In this document: positions 10,317-19,585 of the stretch, one piece after another
Numbering within the stretch: the stretch's first letter is position 1
Layout: every line of letters begins with the position of its first letter
Assembly: GCA_023515795.1 (NCBI GenBank)
Contig: JALGPX010000002.1
Location: forward strand, 62,001 to 126,000
Direction of reading: 5' to 3'
DNA length: 64,000 nucleotides
Origin: Amoeboaphelidium occidentale
Lineage: Eukaryota
Notes under the pieces: model-generated
Databases searched by the model: none
What the model was told of the DNA's origin: nothing
What the model saw: only the letters and a program-made list of their open reading frames with translations
Made by a program: the position numbers and the translations under genes

Positions 10317-11480
10317 CTATTTCTCTTTAGACGTTTCAACACTTGAAACCTCCTGCTTCTCTTCTTTTTGTTTCTGTGGTGACTTTGTGTTCTTACCAGA
10401 GAATACTTCCAGGTAATAACAACCACCGTTCCAAATGCACGCTGTCAGCAGAAACACAATATAAGCTGCATGTAAATAGAAGTATCTGTAAAATAGAGTA
10501 ACAGGGGCAATACTTACAAGACAGTAAAGCCATTGCCAGAACATAAACATGAAGATCCTTATCATGACGTTATTAGAGCTGAAGATTGGAATATTGCATA
10601 GTCGATACATCAATGAAGGTTTCTGTTGATTCTTCTTATCATCAAGTAACCAACTGTATGATGTCATACGCAGACCAGCGGCAACTTTGCTTCCCTTCAA
10701 TGTGTTAATTCCCAGAAAGTACAAAGTCTGCCATGTCATGTAGAATGCTAAAGCATAAAACAGAGATTCAAAGTAATTCATTTCATGCTGTTTTCCCAGA
10801 GGATTTCTACCGTGAGTCAAATGATCATACAAATAATAATTAATTAGTCCACGATTATGGTAATCTCCTGCATCATCGTCGAGATCATTAGAAGTGTCGC
10901 ACATCCATCGCATGTTGAACATTAGCACAGGAGGAGCCAAATGGATAAAGACAGTTATGACTTTGTCCAATGAATGAAAAACCATAGAATTCCTCCACGC
11001 CAGTATAGCCCATGCTATTGGTCCGTTGTTCAATGAGAACACTGCAATGTACAAACTCTTGGTCTGCGGAAACACCCAGAGCCATAGTAAAGTAAGAAAG
11101 TTAAGAAAGTAGCAGAGATCAAAGCAGAAGTAGTGCCACTGAATGGCTTTGTAACTGAACCAACGAACAGTGAAGAGTATCACAGCGAGCAAAGTGTACC
11201 AATGCGGGAATAGATCAGGCATCTTTCCAACTACAAAAGCACCAGACCATAAACAAGTAACGCCAAAAACAAAAGTAAATTTCTCCAGTGTCCGCACAGT
11301 TTCCTGTTGTGATAGTTTTGTCATAACTCTCTGCTTATGAGTTCGAAGTCTAGCCCTCAAGTTCTCCGCCGATAGTGCCAATGGATGCATGACCAAGTCG
11401 AACATTGAATAATCCATCTCATCAGGCCAATTCATTTCTTCGTACATTTCATCCTGCCAGGCGGGGTCATCCGGTAACAT
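10317..11480 (-). CDS. GPC1: Glycerophosphocholine acyltransferase (Gpc1/DUF2838), multi-pass membrane protein
   Basis: WHYFCFDLCYF; NGPIAWAILAWRNSMVFHSLDKVITVFIH; RMTSYSWL; WNGGCYYLEVF. Start is either 11480 or the upstream ATG at 11594. Confidence 0.88.
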   Translation of the reverse strand: MLPDDPAWQDEMYEEMNWPDEMDYSMFDLVMHPLALSAENLRARLRTHKQRVMTKLSQQETVRTLEKFTFVFGVTCLWSGAFVVGKMPDLFPHWYTLLAVILFTVRWFSYKAIQWHYFCFDLCYFLNFLTLLWLWVFPQTKSLYIAVFSLNNGPIAWAILAWRNSMVFHSLDKVITVFIHLAPPVLMFNMRWMCDTSNDLDDDAGDYHNRGLINYYLYDHLTHGRNPLGKQHEMNYFESLFYALAFYMTWQTLYFLGINTLKGSKVAAGLRMTSYSWLLDDKKNQQKPSLMYRLCNIPIFSSNNVMIRIFMFMFWQWLYCLVSIAPVTLFYRYFYLHAAYIVFLLTACIWNGGCYYLEVFSGKNTKSPQKQKEEKQEVSSVETSKEK

Positions 11481-11780
11481 TCTAGAGAGTCTTTGGTCGG
11501 TTATCAGAAGTTTCAACACACAAAAACTTGCGAGTAGCGCGAGTTTCGGCTTGTCACAAGAATAGGAGCGAGCAGTTGAGAAATGGCAGCACATGAAATT
11601 TCAATGGATCTCAGCTAAGCGACCGAGAGGTGTTTTAGAAAAGCATAGCTTGTCAAGGCATGGTTGGTCCCGATGACCATGAAGCGTAAGAGCACGATGC
11701 CTTGGTAGCATAGGGAATCGAAGTGCCTAATTGGAAAACACTTACTAACAAGTCCTAATACCATAAACGTTGAAACTGTG

Positions 11781-11788
11781 TTACGTCA
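11781..11788. promoter_or_regulatory. CRE variant TTACGTCA (ATF/CREB site)
   Basis: Exact motif in the divergent GPC1/atf1 intergenic region. Confidence 0.5.
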
Positions 11789-11946
11789 CAGCAATACAAC
11801 CCACAGAACTGGTAAACTATACGGTTGATCTGATCAGGAACTTATACAGATACAAGATACTGCCAAGATACACTATAGATAAATTTTCCTGTTTGTTTGG
11901 CGCCACATTGAGTGCCCCGCAATAAGGAGAATCTGTCGATAGTTTC

Positions 11947-11954
11947 TGACGTCA
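11947..11954. promoter_or_regulatory. Perfect palindromic CRE, TGACGTCA
   Basis: Exact consensus about 190 bp upstream of the ATF-type bZIP ATG. Confidence 0.55.
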
Positions 11955-12142
11955 TCGATTAGCATGCGACAAGCAAAAAACTTTTCGCTCCTTTGCACCA
12001 CAAGAACCGACGAATCGTTTTGATTCTTGTCATCGAAATCACTACTTAAAAAAGATTCAAGTCTTTCTCTGTTAAAGAAACTTACTCTATCATTCTACCA
12101 TTTATTACTATTGCTGTTATTCTTAGTATTTCATAAAGCGGA

Positions 12143-13541
12143 ATGACGGGAAATTATGACTTGAACAGTTCTGCTGCGAAAAGGACAACAAGCACAACTG
12201 CGGTAACTGATGAGGCGGCCTACCAAGCGAGACCTCGGCCTTTGGATCAGCCTCAACATCAACATCAACAGCAGCAGCTCTTACCACCGCTGCCCTTCAA
12301 GAAGGCTGACCTGATCGATGTCAACTTTATAGATTTGAAAAACTCGCCTCCTGCTTTACTCTCGCTAATGGACAAACATGATACAAGCAACAGTGGAACG
12401 ACTGCATCGAGTGGAAGTAACCATGTTGGATATGTTGATATCACTACTGCTGGGGGTGCTGCAGGTGGATCAGACCAAATGCGAAAGAATAGTCTGCTAC
12501 TGAAGGAAGCGAATCCTTTTGAACAGAGCTTTCTTAATGCAACTTCAAGGCCAGGCACTATGGCCAACAACTCTATAACTTCTTTATCGGAGACTACCAG
12601 AGTGCCGTACATTATGACTGCGGCCTTGGATTCTACTGGGAAGCCTTTGCCGAGTATTATGGCTGGATTCTCTCGGAATAGAAGTGGGATAACGCCGTCA
12701 GGGAATGAGAGCTTTGGATATCCTGTTCAGTCTCATGGGTTGGCTTACAATGGAGGAGCTGCGGGTTCTTTTATTCCTACAGGGGGTTCTGGTGTATACA
12801 TGCCTGTTGTTGCTACTCCTTCCTTCTTTAACCAGCTTACACCAGGCACAGCTCTTAATGGTAATCTCGCAAGTCCAGACCATGCAATTGCTACGATAAA
12901 CACTACTGCACAAAATATAGCCAATTTCGGTGGTATTCCAATGTACAATCAAGCTCAAGGAACACGCTATGGCCAACAAGATCTACAACAGTCACAAGAA
13001 CAACAGCCGCCTTCATCAGCTCCCGTAGTTGCATCTTATGGATTATCTTCTACAAACTTCAACTTGGGTGGACCACTTTCTGCTCCTACAGTGAAACCGC
13101 AAGTATCTCATTCAGGCTTCGATGAGCAGAGCCTCCCTGGTACTTCGAGCTCCGAAGCAGAATACACTAAAAAGTCTGCAAAGAAAAAACGCCCGTCTAA
13201 AGCCAGTTCTGTCATCTCAAGCAATGACGATGTTGATGATAAGTAAGGATTCCGCTTTTCGTTCTTTTTGCTAAACATTTTAGAAAATTATCTCTCTTGG
13301 AAAGGAACAGACTTGCGGCTCAAAAGTGCAGAGAGAAAAAGAAGAAGTATCTCGATGATTTGGAAAAGAATTACGAAAAGCATTTGGCGGAGAATGTCGA
13401 ACTTGAAGTTCAGCTGGAACAGTTACAAAAGAAGATTGGAAACCTGAGGAAGGCTTTGCAATCTTGCAGAGTAAGTTTCTATGTTTGATCTAGTGCTTAT
13501 TTTCGTCTGTATAGGAATCCAAGCTGAATGCAAAATCGTAA
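12143..13541 (+). CDS. atf1: Atf1/Sko1-type ATF/CREB bZIP transcription factor, 3 exons
   Basis: OSA motif EANPFEQSF; introns 13243-13283 and 13471-13514; basic region LLERNRLAAQKCREKKK followed by a leucine zipper; TAA 13539-13541. Confidence 0.85.
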
Positions 13542-13733
13542 ACTTATTAATTCAACATTTTGGTCTCATGTGGCATCTTCATAAGTACAGCATTTTGGTT
13601 TTTTTGTTAATCTCCCATACGTAGCACACTTCACTAAAGTATAATCTATCTCCAGTTTTTCCAGAATGCGCGATTTTCTGTTGCTTGACTGATTGGCAGT
13701 TGTTTCAATTCAACTCTTGTCATCAATATCATC

Positions 13734-14729
13734 ATGGACGAATTTAATGATATCTTTAGCAACTTTCAGACTAGTAACTGCCTTACCTCTATGTTTCGTT
13801 GATCTAACCTATTAGACATGAAGTATGCCGCAAGCTCCAAGGATTATAAAGGATCTTGTGCGCAATGCAATCAACCAGTGATCGGACAAGAGGACTGTCT
13901 TAGAGCCATGAACAAACTATATCACAAGGATCACTTTCTATGTGATGGATGTCAGAAATCTATTCCTTTAAAGGCAGACTTTCTTATCCATCCACCATCT
14001 CAGAAGGCTTATCATGCAGATTGCTACGAGAAGGAGTTCTATGAAGAGTGTCAGGCTTGTCACAAGATGATCAGTGATACTAAAGTGATACATGCTTTTG
14101 GTAAAGACACCAGACAGCATTCATATCATGAAGGTTGCTTTGTATGCGGGATCGAATTCGCTGAAACAGAGCAAGGACAGAGTGGTACGGCCACAGTTGC
14201 TGATGATAGTTCTGCCAAAAGACCAGAAGGCTGTGGTACTGCAATCGGAAAGCAGGATGCAAATAACCAGAAGTACCTGATTATGAACTCCAGAGTTTAC
14301 TGCGAGACGTGCTTTGAGAACAATTTCGTTCCTCAGTGCACAGACTGCTCAAGAAAGATCAAAGATAGTCTTTCACCTCATGTAGAGAATCTTGATGATC
14401 AAGGAAATGTCAAGAAGATCAGATATTTTGCGTATGAGGGAAAACCGTACTGTTCTGAGTGCTACGAGCAGAAATATGTGCCAACATGTCACAAATGTCA
14501 GAAAAAGATAAAGCGCGAAGATTCTCCAGATGGTTCTTACGTATCGGCAAATGCTGCAAAATATCACAAGAAATGCTTTGGTTGCTATGAATGCGGAAAA
14601 CTGTTTGAAGATAACAAGGCTTTGATACACGGCAATGAACTATACTGTCGAGAACATTACGATGCTCGTTCAAAACAAGGCAAGCAAGCTTTTGCAGAAA
14701 AAGATCAAGCAACAGCTGTATTGCTCTGA
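13734..14729 (+). CDS. Multi-LIM-domain protein (paxillin/leupaxin-like), 2 exons
   Basis: ATG 13734; intron 13774-13815 with CTAAC branch point; about four CX2C...HX2CX2C...CX2C/H LIM domains. Confidence 0.85.
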
Positions 14730-14779
14730 GAATTCAGTTTCGGATAATGCTCTTGGTTTTCAATAGAACAACTTTCGAG

Positions 14780-15334
14780 ATGCTCAGAATTATTCAAAAG
14801 CGAAATTTCTCGTTACCATCGCCCTCTGAAGCGCTAAAAAGTCATCTTTCTAAGACCCCTCAAGTGAGTCGATGCGCTTATGTAGCTAAGAATGCATCAG
14901 TTATCGGGAACGTTCTTTGCGGTAACAATTCGTCGATATGGTTTCAGGCAGTGTTAAGAGGCGATATCAATCAAATTAAAGTTGGTGACAACAGCAATAT
15001 ACAAGATGGAGTCGTAGTCCATGTAACGCGAAAGTACCGAACCGATATCGGCGATGGTGTTAGTGTTGGTCATAATGCTGTGCTTCATGGGTGCAAAATC
15101 GGTCATGATTGTCTAATAGGAATGGGCGCAATTTTATTGGATGGATGTTCAATTGGCAATGAGTGTTTGGTTGCTGCTGGCAGTGTTGTTCCTCCAGGAA
15201 AAGTGTTTGAAGATGGTAACCTTATAATGGGATCGCCAGCCGTTGCTAAAAGAAAGCTGAAACTAGAGGAACTTTATGAAATCAAAGAGAATGCGACAAG
15301 GTATGTTGAGTATGCAAAGAATTACAATAGATGA
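14780..15334 (+). CDS. Gamma-class carbonic anhydrase-like protein (left-handed beta-helix), probable mitochondrial presequence
   Basis: IWFQAVLRGD...IKVGDNSNIQDGVVVH, VGHNAVLHGCKIG, IGMGA; MLRIIQKRNFS presequence; alternative ATG at 14747. Confidence 0.9.
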   Translation: MLRIIQKRNFSLPSPSEALKSHLSKTPQVSRCAYVAKNASVIGNVLCGNNSSIWFQAVLRGDINQIKVGDNSNIQDGVVVHVTRKYRTDIGDGVSVGHNAVLHGCKIGHDCLIGMGAILLDGCSIGNECLVAAGSVVPPGKVFEDGNLIMGSPAVAKRKLKLEELYEIKENATRYVEYAKNYNR

Positions 15335-15340
15335 ATTTAA

Positions 15341-17050
15341 TTACTGCATTTGACACGAATCCTTCTTTGTTTGCAAATCTGACCGAGCATTTGATGATGC
15401 GGAGCTTGATGATGTGATCTGAGGATCGCTTGTATTATTCCTAGACCTAAGCCAGGCCCCCGCTGATGTCAAAGATCTTCTTAAAGATGTAGGAGAATTC
15501 TGTGGAGAGTATCTTTGCTTTAGTCTTGAATTTAGCTCAGTTTTTGATATCTCGTCCATTTTAAGGAAATATGCAGTTTCAATTTCATTAATTCGTTTCC
15601 TCAATGATATTATTTCTTGTAATATTGAGCATGTCACCGAATACAGAATTCCAAAAGGCTCGGATAATAGCAGGCTGTTTGGAGGAAAGTTCTCGCCATA
15701 ATTTTCCACATCCTTTTGAATATGTTCCAGGATACTGTTTGATATCTGAGATAAACTGGGTAAATCAAAAGTTTTCCGAAGTCTTCGATTTAAAGCAAGA
15801 GTATTCGTGCTTGAAATTCTCTGAAGAGCATGAGAAATAAGGCTTGCCAACATTTTAACTTGACCCGAGAGGGACGCAGGAGAATGCTCTGTTGGATCTG
15901 ATAGTGTGCGTTGAGGTTTAGCCAGAGAGCTTGTCGACACTGTACTGTTATCTGTAAAGGATGTATCAGCAGCAAAAATCTGCTCATTCAATCTGCTACT
16001 TGATGGCAGCTTCTTCAATGAAAGATCCTTCTTAGAAGCAGGCAGAGGTGTAGTAGGCGTTGCACTTCTTGTTTTGTAGCTATTTTTTACGGAGGCTTCA
16101 ATAGTTGTAGCCAATTCTCCAAACAAAGACATTCGGCCAGGAGTATTAAACAGCGCTTCTGCATGTGGAGAAACAGCATCGTTTATGTCAACAGGATCAG
16201 AGTGGTCCATCAATGACCTATTCCTAATATCCTGCAGTTCTTCTCTAGACTCATTAAGTAATCTTTTGGCTTCATCTAATTCCGTGGCAGTCTTCATATT
16301 AACATCCTGCATTTCCTTCACAATTTCAACTAAGCTGTCACTCTCCTGGAGTTGCTTCTTAAGACTTTCGTTTTCCTGTTGCAATTTAATTATCACATCT
16401 GCATCATAATCAGCTTGTTTGGCCAAACGTTCCCTGTCGGATCGAAGTTTCTCAACTTCCTGCTCAGGAACGTATTTCGTTCTAATCGCTATACTTTCAT
16501 TTTCCAGCTCATCAATGCGGCTCTGAAGCTTCTGCAATTTACGCTCTAACGCCCATTCATTCTCTCTGCTCTTCTGGAGTTCCATTTCCAAGTCACGCTC
16601 ACGATCAGCCTTTGAGCCATGCGCATTGGCTGCAGAGGCAGAGGGCACCCGAGACTGTACACTTTTCAACTCAGCTATCTCGATCTGTAAAGTGTGTATC
16701 GTTTCCTCTGCTTTGACGTATTCGTTCTGTAATTGTTCCGTACGATTTCTCCAGAACAGAGCAACACGGCGTGTTTCGTCCCTTTCCTCTTCAAACTCTT
16801 CAATTCTGCTCTGCGCCTGCTGCTTGAAGGTTTCCATATCAGCCTGAAGTTTCTGGTGTTCTTTGGAAAGCTGGCGATATTGGCTTAGCACAGATTGTCC
16901 AATTTCTGCAGAGGTTTGCAGCTGCATTTTTAATTCTTCTGCAGTTTCCTTCGCATTTAAGTCATTCGTAGATTCCATCTGAGGCATCAGCCACACAGCA
17001 AAAGGGTTCAGAGATTTGTTAGAAAGCCAGTCGGAAGGGCTGTTAGACAT
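15341..17050 (-). CDS. Coiled-coil protein of unknown function
   Basis: 569-aa ORF; long E/K/Q/L heptad region, Ser-rich linker, helical C-terminal domain. Confidence 0.8.
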   Translation of the reverse strand: MSNSPSDWLSNKSLNPFAVWLMPQMESTNDLNAKETAEELKMQLQTSAEIGQSVLSQYRQLSKEHQKLQADMETFKQQAQSRIEEFEEERDETRRVALFWRNRTEQLQNEYVKAEETIHTLQIEIAELKSVQSRVPSASAANAHGSKADRERDLEMELQKSRENEWALERKLQKLQSRIDELENESIAIRTKYVPEQEVEKLRSDRERLAKQADYDADVIIKLQQENESLKKQLQESDSLVEIVKEMQDVNMKTATELDEAKRLLNESREELQDIRNRSLMDHSDPVDINDAVSPHAEALFNTPGRMSLFGELATTIEASVKNSYKTRSATPTTPLPASKKDLSLKKLPSSSRLNEQIFAADTSFTDNSTVSTSSLAKPQRTLSDPTEHSPASLSGQVKMLASLISHALQRISSTNTLALNRRLRKTFDLPSLSQISNSILEHIQKDVENYGENFPPNSLLLSEPFGILYSVTCSILQEIISLRKRINEIETAYFLKMDEISKTELNSRLKQRYSPQNSPTSLRRSLTSAGAWLRSRNNTSDPQITSSSSASSNARSDLQTKKDSCQMQ

Positions 17051-17204
17051 AACCAGAAGAAAAATAAGAAGTTGGCTGTGGCGCGTGAGCGAGTGGCGGT
17101 AGTGCTAAAAGCAGGGCAGGAGTATTTTTAAACTAAAAGGTCTTTTCTAGAACTACTTAGTTCTATCTGTTCCCCTCTTGAACACTTTGTGACAAGTGAT
17201 CGGA

Positions 17205-18386
17205 ATGGAAGCACGGCCAGTCGCAGTTCTCGCGCTATTCCTGTTGGTGCCTTCTGTCACGCTGTTAACTGGTCTTATTAATCCACACCAGGAACTCGAA
17301 AATGCGCAGGATAATTCTCTGGTTGGCTTTTATGTTTGTGGAAGTTTTGGGTTTGCGTTTGTAGTTTTGACTGTTGTTTCGTTGTACGTGAGGCTAAGCG
17401 GACGGAGCGCAGTCAAGTTTGGGCCTTTATGGCTTCATAGGAAGAAAGCTAGGAATAATTTACCAGGAACGTCTGCTGAAGGCCTGAATGATGAAAACGC
17501 TCAGCGTTTAGAAGTGCAAATCACAGATGCAGTCTCTGAAGCAGAAGAAATGAAGATCAAGAAGCGTGTGCTTAATTGGCATATTGCATCATTGGTTTCA
17601 TGTATATTTCTGTTTGCGTTCAGTTTGGCAACTTATCTGGTTGTGCTGCTAACGGCCACAAACAGGGCCGTGATTGCAGAAGAGATGATTAACCTTGGGG
17701 TATCCACTGTTTTCGTCTTGGTGTCCTGCATTTTACTCGTAATCGACGTCAAGTGTTGCTGGCAAGCTGTGAAAGATCCGAGTAAAAACATTGACGATGT
17801 TACTAACAAATGGAACCATGATCAAAGAAACTTTGTTAGATTGCTTCTGACTTTCCTTACAACGTCAGTTATTGCTATTTACATATTTTCTGCAGTAGAA
17901 GGATGGTCACACAGAACCAGTTCTTATTTTCTGGTGATCTCATTCTCGACTGTTGGTTATGGTAACGTGGTGCCAACTACAATAGCTGGTAAATATCTCT
18001 TGATACTGTTTGGGCTGTTTTCGATCGGTTTACTAGCCTCTATTTTAGGCTTTATTGGCAAGTTTGTAGTCAAGGGTGCGTCAAGGTTGGCAAGCTCATT
18101 ATTTAAGCATTCTGAAACGGAACCAAATGAAGATTACATCAAGAGAGTAACAGGAAGTATTGTTATTGCTATTGCTCTGGTAGTATGGTTTGTTGGTGCG
18201 GCTGCATTCTCTGCTTTGGAAAGTTGGTCTTACACGGATTCTCTGTACTTTTGCTTTGTTACACTCTCGACAATAGGATACGGCGACTTTGTTCCTCAGA
18301 CTCCTGGTGGACTGATTCTGGTGAATTATTACGTATTTTTGGGTATTGGTATATTCGCTTCTCTACTGAACTTGAACTCAATTTGA
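17205..18386 (+). CDS. Two-pore-domain potassium channel (TOK1-like, with extra N-terminal TMs)
   Basis: Pore loops STVGYGN and STIGYGD; FSAVEGWS / FSALESWSYTDSLYFCFVT; about eight hydrophobic segments; first ATG 17205. Confidence 0.9.
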   Translation: MEARPVAVLALFLLVPSVTLLTGLINPHQELENAQDNSLVGFYVCGSFGFAFVVLTVVSLYVRLSGRSAVKFGPLWLHRKKARNNLPGTSAEGLNDENAQRLEVQITDAVSEAEEMKIKKRVLNWHIASLVSCIFLFAFSLATYLVVLLTATNRAVIAEEMINLGVSTVFVLVSCILLVIDVKCCWQAVKDPSKNIDDVTNKWNHDQRNFVRLLLTFLTTSVIAIYIFSAVEGWSHRTSSYFLVISFSTVGYGNVVPTTIAGKYLLILFGLFSIGLLASILGFIGKFVVKGASRLASSLFKHSETEPNEDYIKRVTGSIVIAIALVVWFVGAAAFSALESWSYTDSLYFCFVTLSTIGYGDFVPQTPGGLILVNYYVFLGIGIFASLLNLNSI

Positions 18387-18416
18387 GATCAAGCATCGAA
18401 AGATTTATTCAGTCCA

Positions 18417-19485
18417 TCATCCTTGCTGTGCCTTGCTTGCTTCTTTGAGAGCCATAAGCTGCTTCGTTCTGAAATGTTCATAGTGGATTTGTGCAGTTGT
18501 TTCGACTAATTGCTGAAGATGTGTTCTAATTAGAAAGTTTCTTAAGTGAATAAATTCGCAGTGGACAGGATCTTCAATGTTCACAACACCGAAACGAGTC
18601 TTTCTTCCTCGAACAGGTTTTCCATCAACTTGAATAACCTTCTCAGAGCCACAAACTGCGAAAGGGATCAATTTCCTAATAGATTCATTCAGAGCATGAT
18701 CTTCAGGATCATCATCTGCGTCAATAACTTCGAATGGAAAGAAGTTGATCTGATGGTATTGAAGTTCCTCCTTAATTCTTCTCTTGAAATCTGCCCTTTC
18801 CTCCAAAGTCAGACTGTCAGACTTTGCAATGACAGGAATAACGTTTGCGATTTCTCCAATCTTCTTCATAACGACAATATCTAAAGGTTTCAAAGCGTGC
18901 CCTGTCGGTGCAATGAAGTACAAAACAGCATGAACTCTGCTATCAGGAATCTTAACGTCTCTGGTAGGAGATAATTCTCTTCTTAAAAACATTGCGAACT
19001 GATCCTTGATATATCTCGTAATTGGTTCCCAACTAAAAGATCAGACAGCGCCCATAATAAAGTTGTACCAGAATTCGTTATTAACATGATCGCCATAGCC
19101 GGGAGCATCGATAATGTTCAGCTTCATCTTAACACCATTCTCCTCGACGGCTAAAGTTCAGAGGTCAGCTTTCAAAATGTTGTGGAGTACCAAAGCTTTT
19201 TGTGTAGATTTCCGTCTGGTTTCGTCCCTGCTCTTCTGCTTCAAGTGGCTTAGGGTTACCATGGCTATCGACCAGATGTGTTGAGAAGAGTGTATTGACA
19301 AAGGTAGACTTGCCCAAACCGCTTTCGCCTACGACCATAATGTTAAAGTGGAAACCCTTCTTCAGAAGCTTCTTTTCGATTTGCTTGGTCAGAGTGTCAA
19401 AGCCGACATACCCAGCTGGAATTGCCTGAAGAATAAGTGGTTTCTATTGGACGCTTTGAAGGATTACTCGTTGTGTTTCAGCCAT
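18417..19485 (-). CDS. CDC10: Septin, Cdc10/Spn2/AspD group, 4 exons
   Basis: Spliced [52 protein letters not shown]; no C-terminal coiled coil; three short introns. Confidence 0.92.
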
Positions 19486-19585
19486 TTTGGGAGACTTGAT
19501 GCGCAAGAAAAGTTTTTGGGAGCTTGGTTCCTGTTTCAACTACAGATTTAACCGTCTGGACTTTAAAAGCTAACGAAAGAAACTT

